A program made the position numbers and the translations under genes. A stretch of 63,724 nucleotides of DNA, filler included, from Platydemus manokwari (taxonomy: Eukaryota): the NCBI GenBank assembly GCA_037951405.1. It is 5 parts of 5 records of this genome, joined end to end, with 100 filler letters (N's around TTAATTAATTAA, not from the genome) between each part and the next. Parts side by side here need not be neighbours in the genome. Positions count along the whole stretch, not along the records: positions 47,156 to 63,724 come from JBBMOY011162546.1; 4 more parts are not named here. One strand, 5' to 3'. Positions 61,990 to 63,724 of the stretch are shown here, piece after piece; positions within the stretch are counted from its first letter, which is position 1, and each line of letters opens with the position of its first letter. The notes beneath the pieces are model-generated. The model had not been told where the DNA came from. It made no database searches and saw only the letters and a list, made by a program, of their open reading frames with translations.

Positions 61990-63724
61990 AACTAGATAAG
62001 AGAATTTCAACGGAGAATCGTCAGTTGAGTCCACGGTGACAATATGTTACCAACATTCAGAATTTGATTCAGGAATGGAGGATGATCTAATCTGACAGAA
62101 AAGATTAACTGTATCTGGCAAGGTAGACAAAAACTTCAATCACTTGAGGTCACTGAGAAAACAGGAAACGAAGGAAAATCAAGAAATAAAAATGGTAATC
62201 AATGGTATATTTGAAATACATTAATATTGATAAAAAGAGTTGTAATGCAAGTGAGAATGAAATGGAAAAAGACGATAAACACGATATCGTGAATATTGAA
62301 TTGGGGTTTTATCTATAAGAAACAAATATACTTGTAGTTCCAAAATTAATAGTGCTAATAACTGAGAGAGCGTTTGTAAAGCTATTAAATAGGCAATCAA
62401 CATCTCCAATATGTCTTCTAACGAAGTTGGTAGTCAAACAATGTTTTACAATCTACAAAAGAGAGGTAAAATATCATTTTATCAATGGGTCAGTAGAAAT
62501 GTTTCGATGATTTGATAAAAAATCTAATGAAATTGATGAAAAATATGGATGAAGTAAGGAAATAATTGCCAGGATCAGATAAGGATGAATTATGGAGGAA
62601 TTTTACTCAAGAGAATAGAAATCATGTCAATATATAGACATTGATAGGGATTTTCAAGACTTAACGCCTAAGACATTAGAAAAAAACATTTAGCACTCAG
62701 ATATGGGAAATTGTAGAGCACGAAGAGGAAGAAGTAGAAACCACTAAAACTATTGATCTCCGAATAACATGTGAAAATATGAGAATGCTGGTACGGAAAA
62801 ACAGAGAGCACGCATTTAGATATTTGGTCAAAGAAATCAGGTGAATGGAAGAGATACAATAATACAATTAAATGCAACAAAGAATAGGTAAAGAAAGTGT
62901 TAGACGCCGAAAGTAATGAGATGAAAGGAAAAGTAATTATGGGAACGTGTAAAAGGTTACCAATTCCATCAAGAGGCAAGATGATTATTGATGTTCAGGC
63001 TGAATGAAAAAAATCGGATGGGCCGAACAGTTGACGATGAAAATATTAGAAAACAAAGAAGTTTATGATAAATAGGAGAAGATTAATAAAAAAGATCCAA
63101 AATAATAACGAGAAAAGAATTTAGAGGGAAGATATGGAATGAAAATCTAAGTGAAAGACAAATATGAATTTAACAGTTCAATACAGGTGAATAACAATTT
63201 ATATGACTCAATGAAAAGTATTATGAGGATAAGATCCCAGCCGATATTTGGATATAATAGAGAGTTAAAGATCACAGTGAAAGGAGGAATAACGTTTGGT
63301 ATAATAAATAGAGAAATTGAGGAACACAATAATTCACCAAAGGAAATTATAGTGAAATTTCAGAAGGTGAGTAAGGATGAAGAAAGCCATTACAAGTGCA
63401 AAAAGATTGCAAATAGTACAAGAATAAGAAAAGGTTTTACAACAACGGTGGAAAATCAAATACACTGATTGAGTAGATGAGTTTATACATAGTCTGGATA
63501 AATTATAATTTTCATGCAAGGACAAAAATTATGACACTTGAAGATTTCAGGCTAAAATATGGAAGAATAAATCGAATAATAGCAATGAAGAATTCAGAAA
63601 TATTGGGTCTATAACGTAATAACCAGAATTTGACACCAGATGTAAACACTTGTGTGTGTGCTGGAGCAAATCATTAACATACACGTCATTTTGAAGTTCT
63701 ATTCATAAGCTATCAAAATCAGTC
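61990..63724 (+). mobile_element. possible decayed LTR retrotransposon internal region
   Basis: Follows ccctaaccccaaca (similar to the LTR end at 47400-47413); purine-rich broken coding-like sequence with ECWYGK and RLPIPSRGKMIIDV fragments. Confidence 0.35.

Noticed and set aside
61960-61990. 12-bp stem hairpin taacttgttggg...cccaacaagtta as a terminator or origin
   Set aside because: Eukaryotic context; more simply an LTR end or local inverted duplication.

Overview
AT-rich eukaryotic (animal) genomic DNA with short introns and (AAT)n tracts; a flatworm such as a planarian is plausible, but this is inference only. The window is not one continuous locus: four identical 100-nt linkers (44 N + TTAATTAATTAA + 44 N) join five segments, so neighbourhoods across linkers are not evidence. 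Host genes: a partial p90 RSK kinase (+, 7 exons), a partial axonemal dynein heavy chain most like DNAH14 (-, 20 exons), two intronless orphan class A GPCRs and two small unidentified gene fragments. The rest is dominated by decayed transposons: piggyBac, two mariners, pogo/Tigger, hAT/Buster, Ty3/gypsy remnants and solo LTRs. The most notable signal not shown by the ORF track is a non-coding miniature LTR retroelement (TRIM-like) family: ~140-170 bp LTRs, a tRNA primer site and a purine tract, found at five places (two full units in dynein introns, one deleted unit, two solo LTRs with 5-bp target duplications). A second family of 0.8-1 kb solo-LTR-like elements carries serial palindromes. Novelty of either family cannot be established without database searches. 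All alignments were done by eye.
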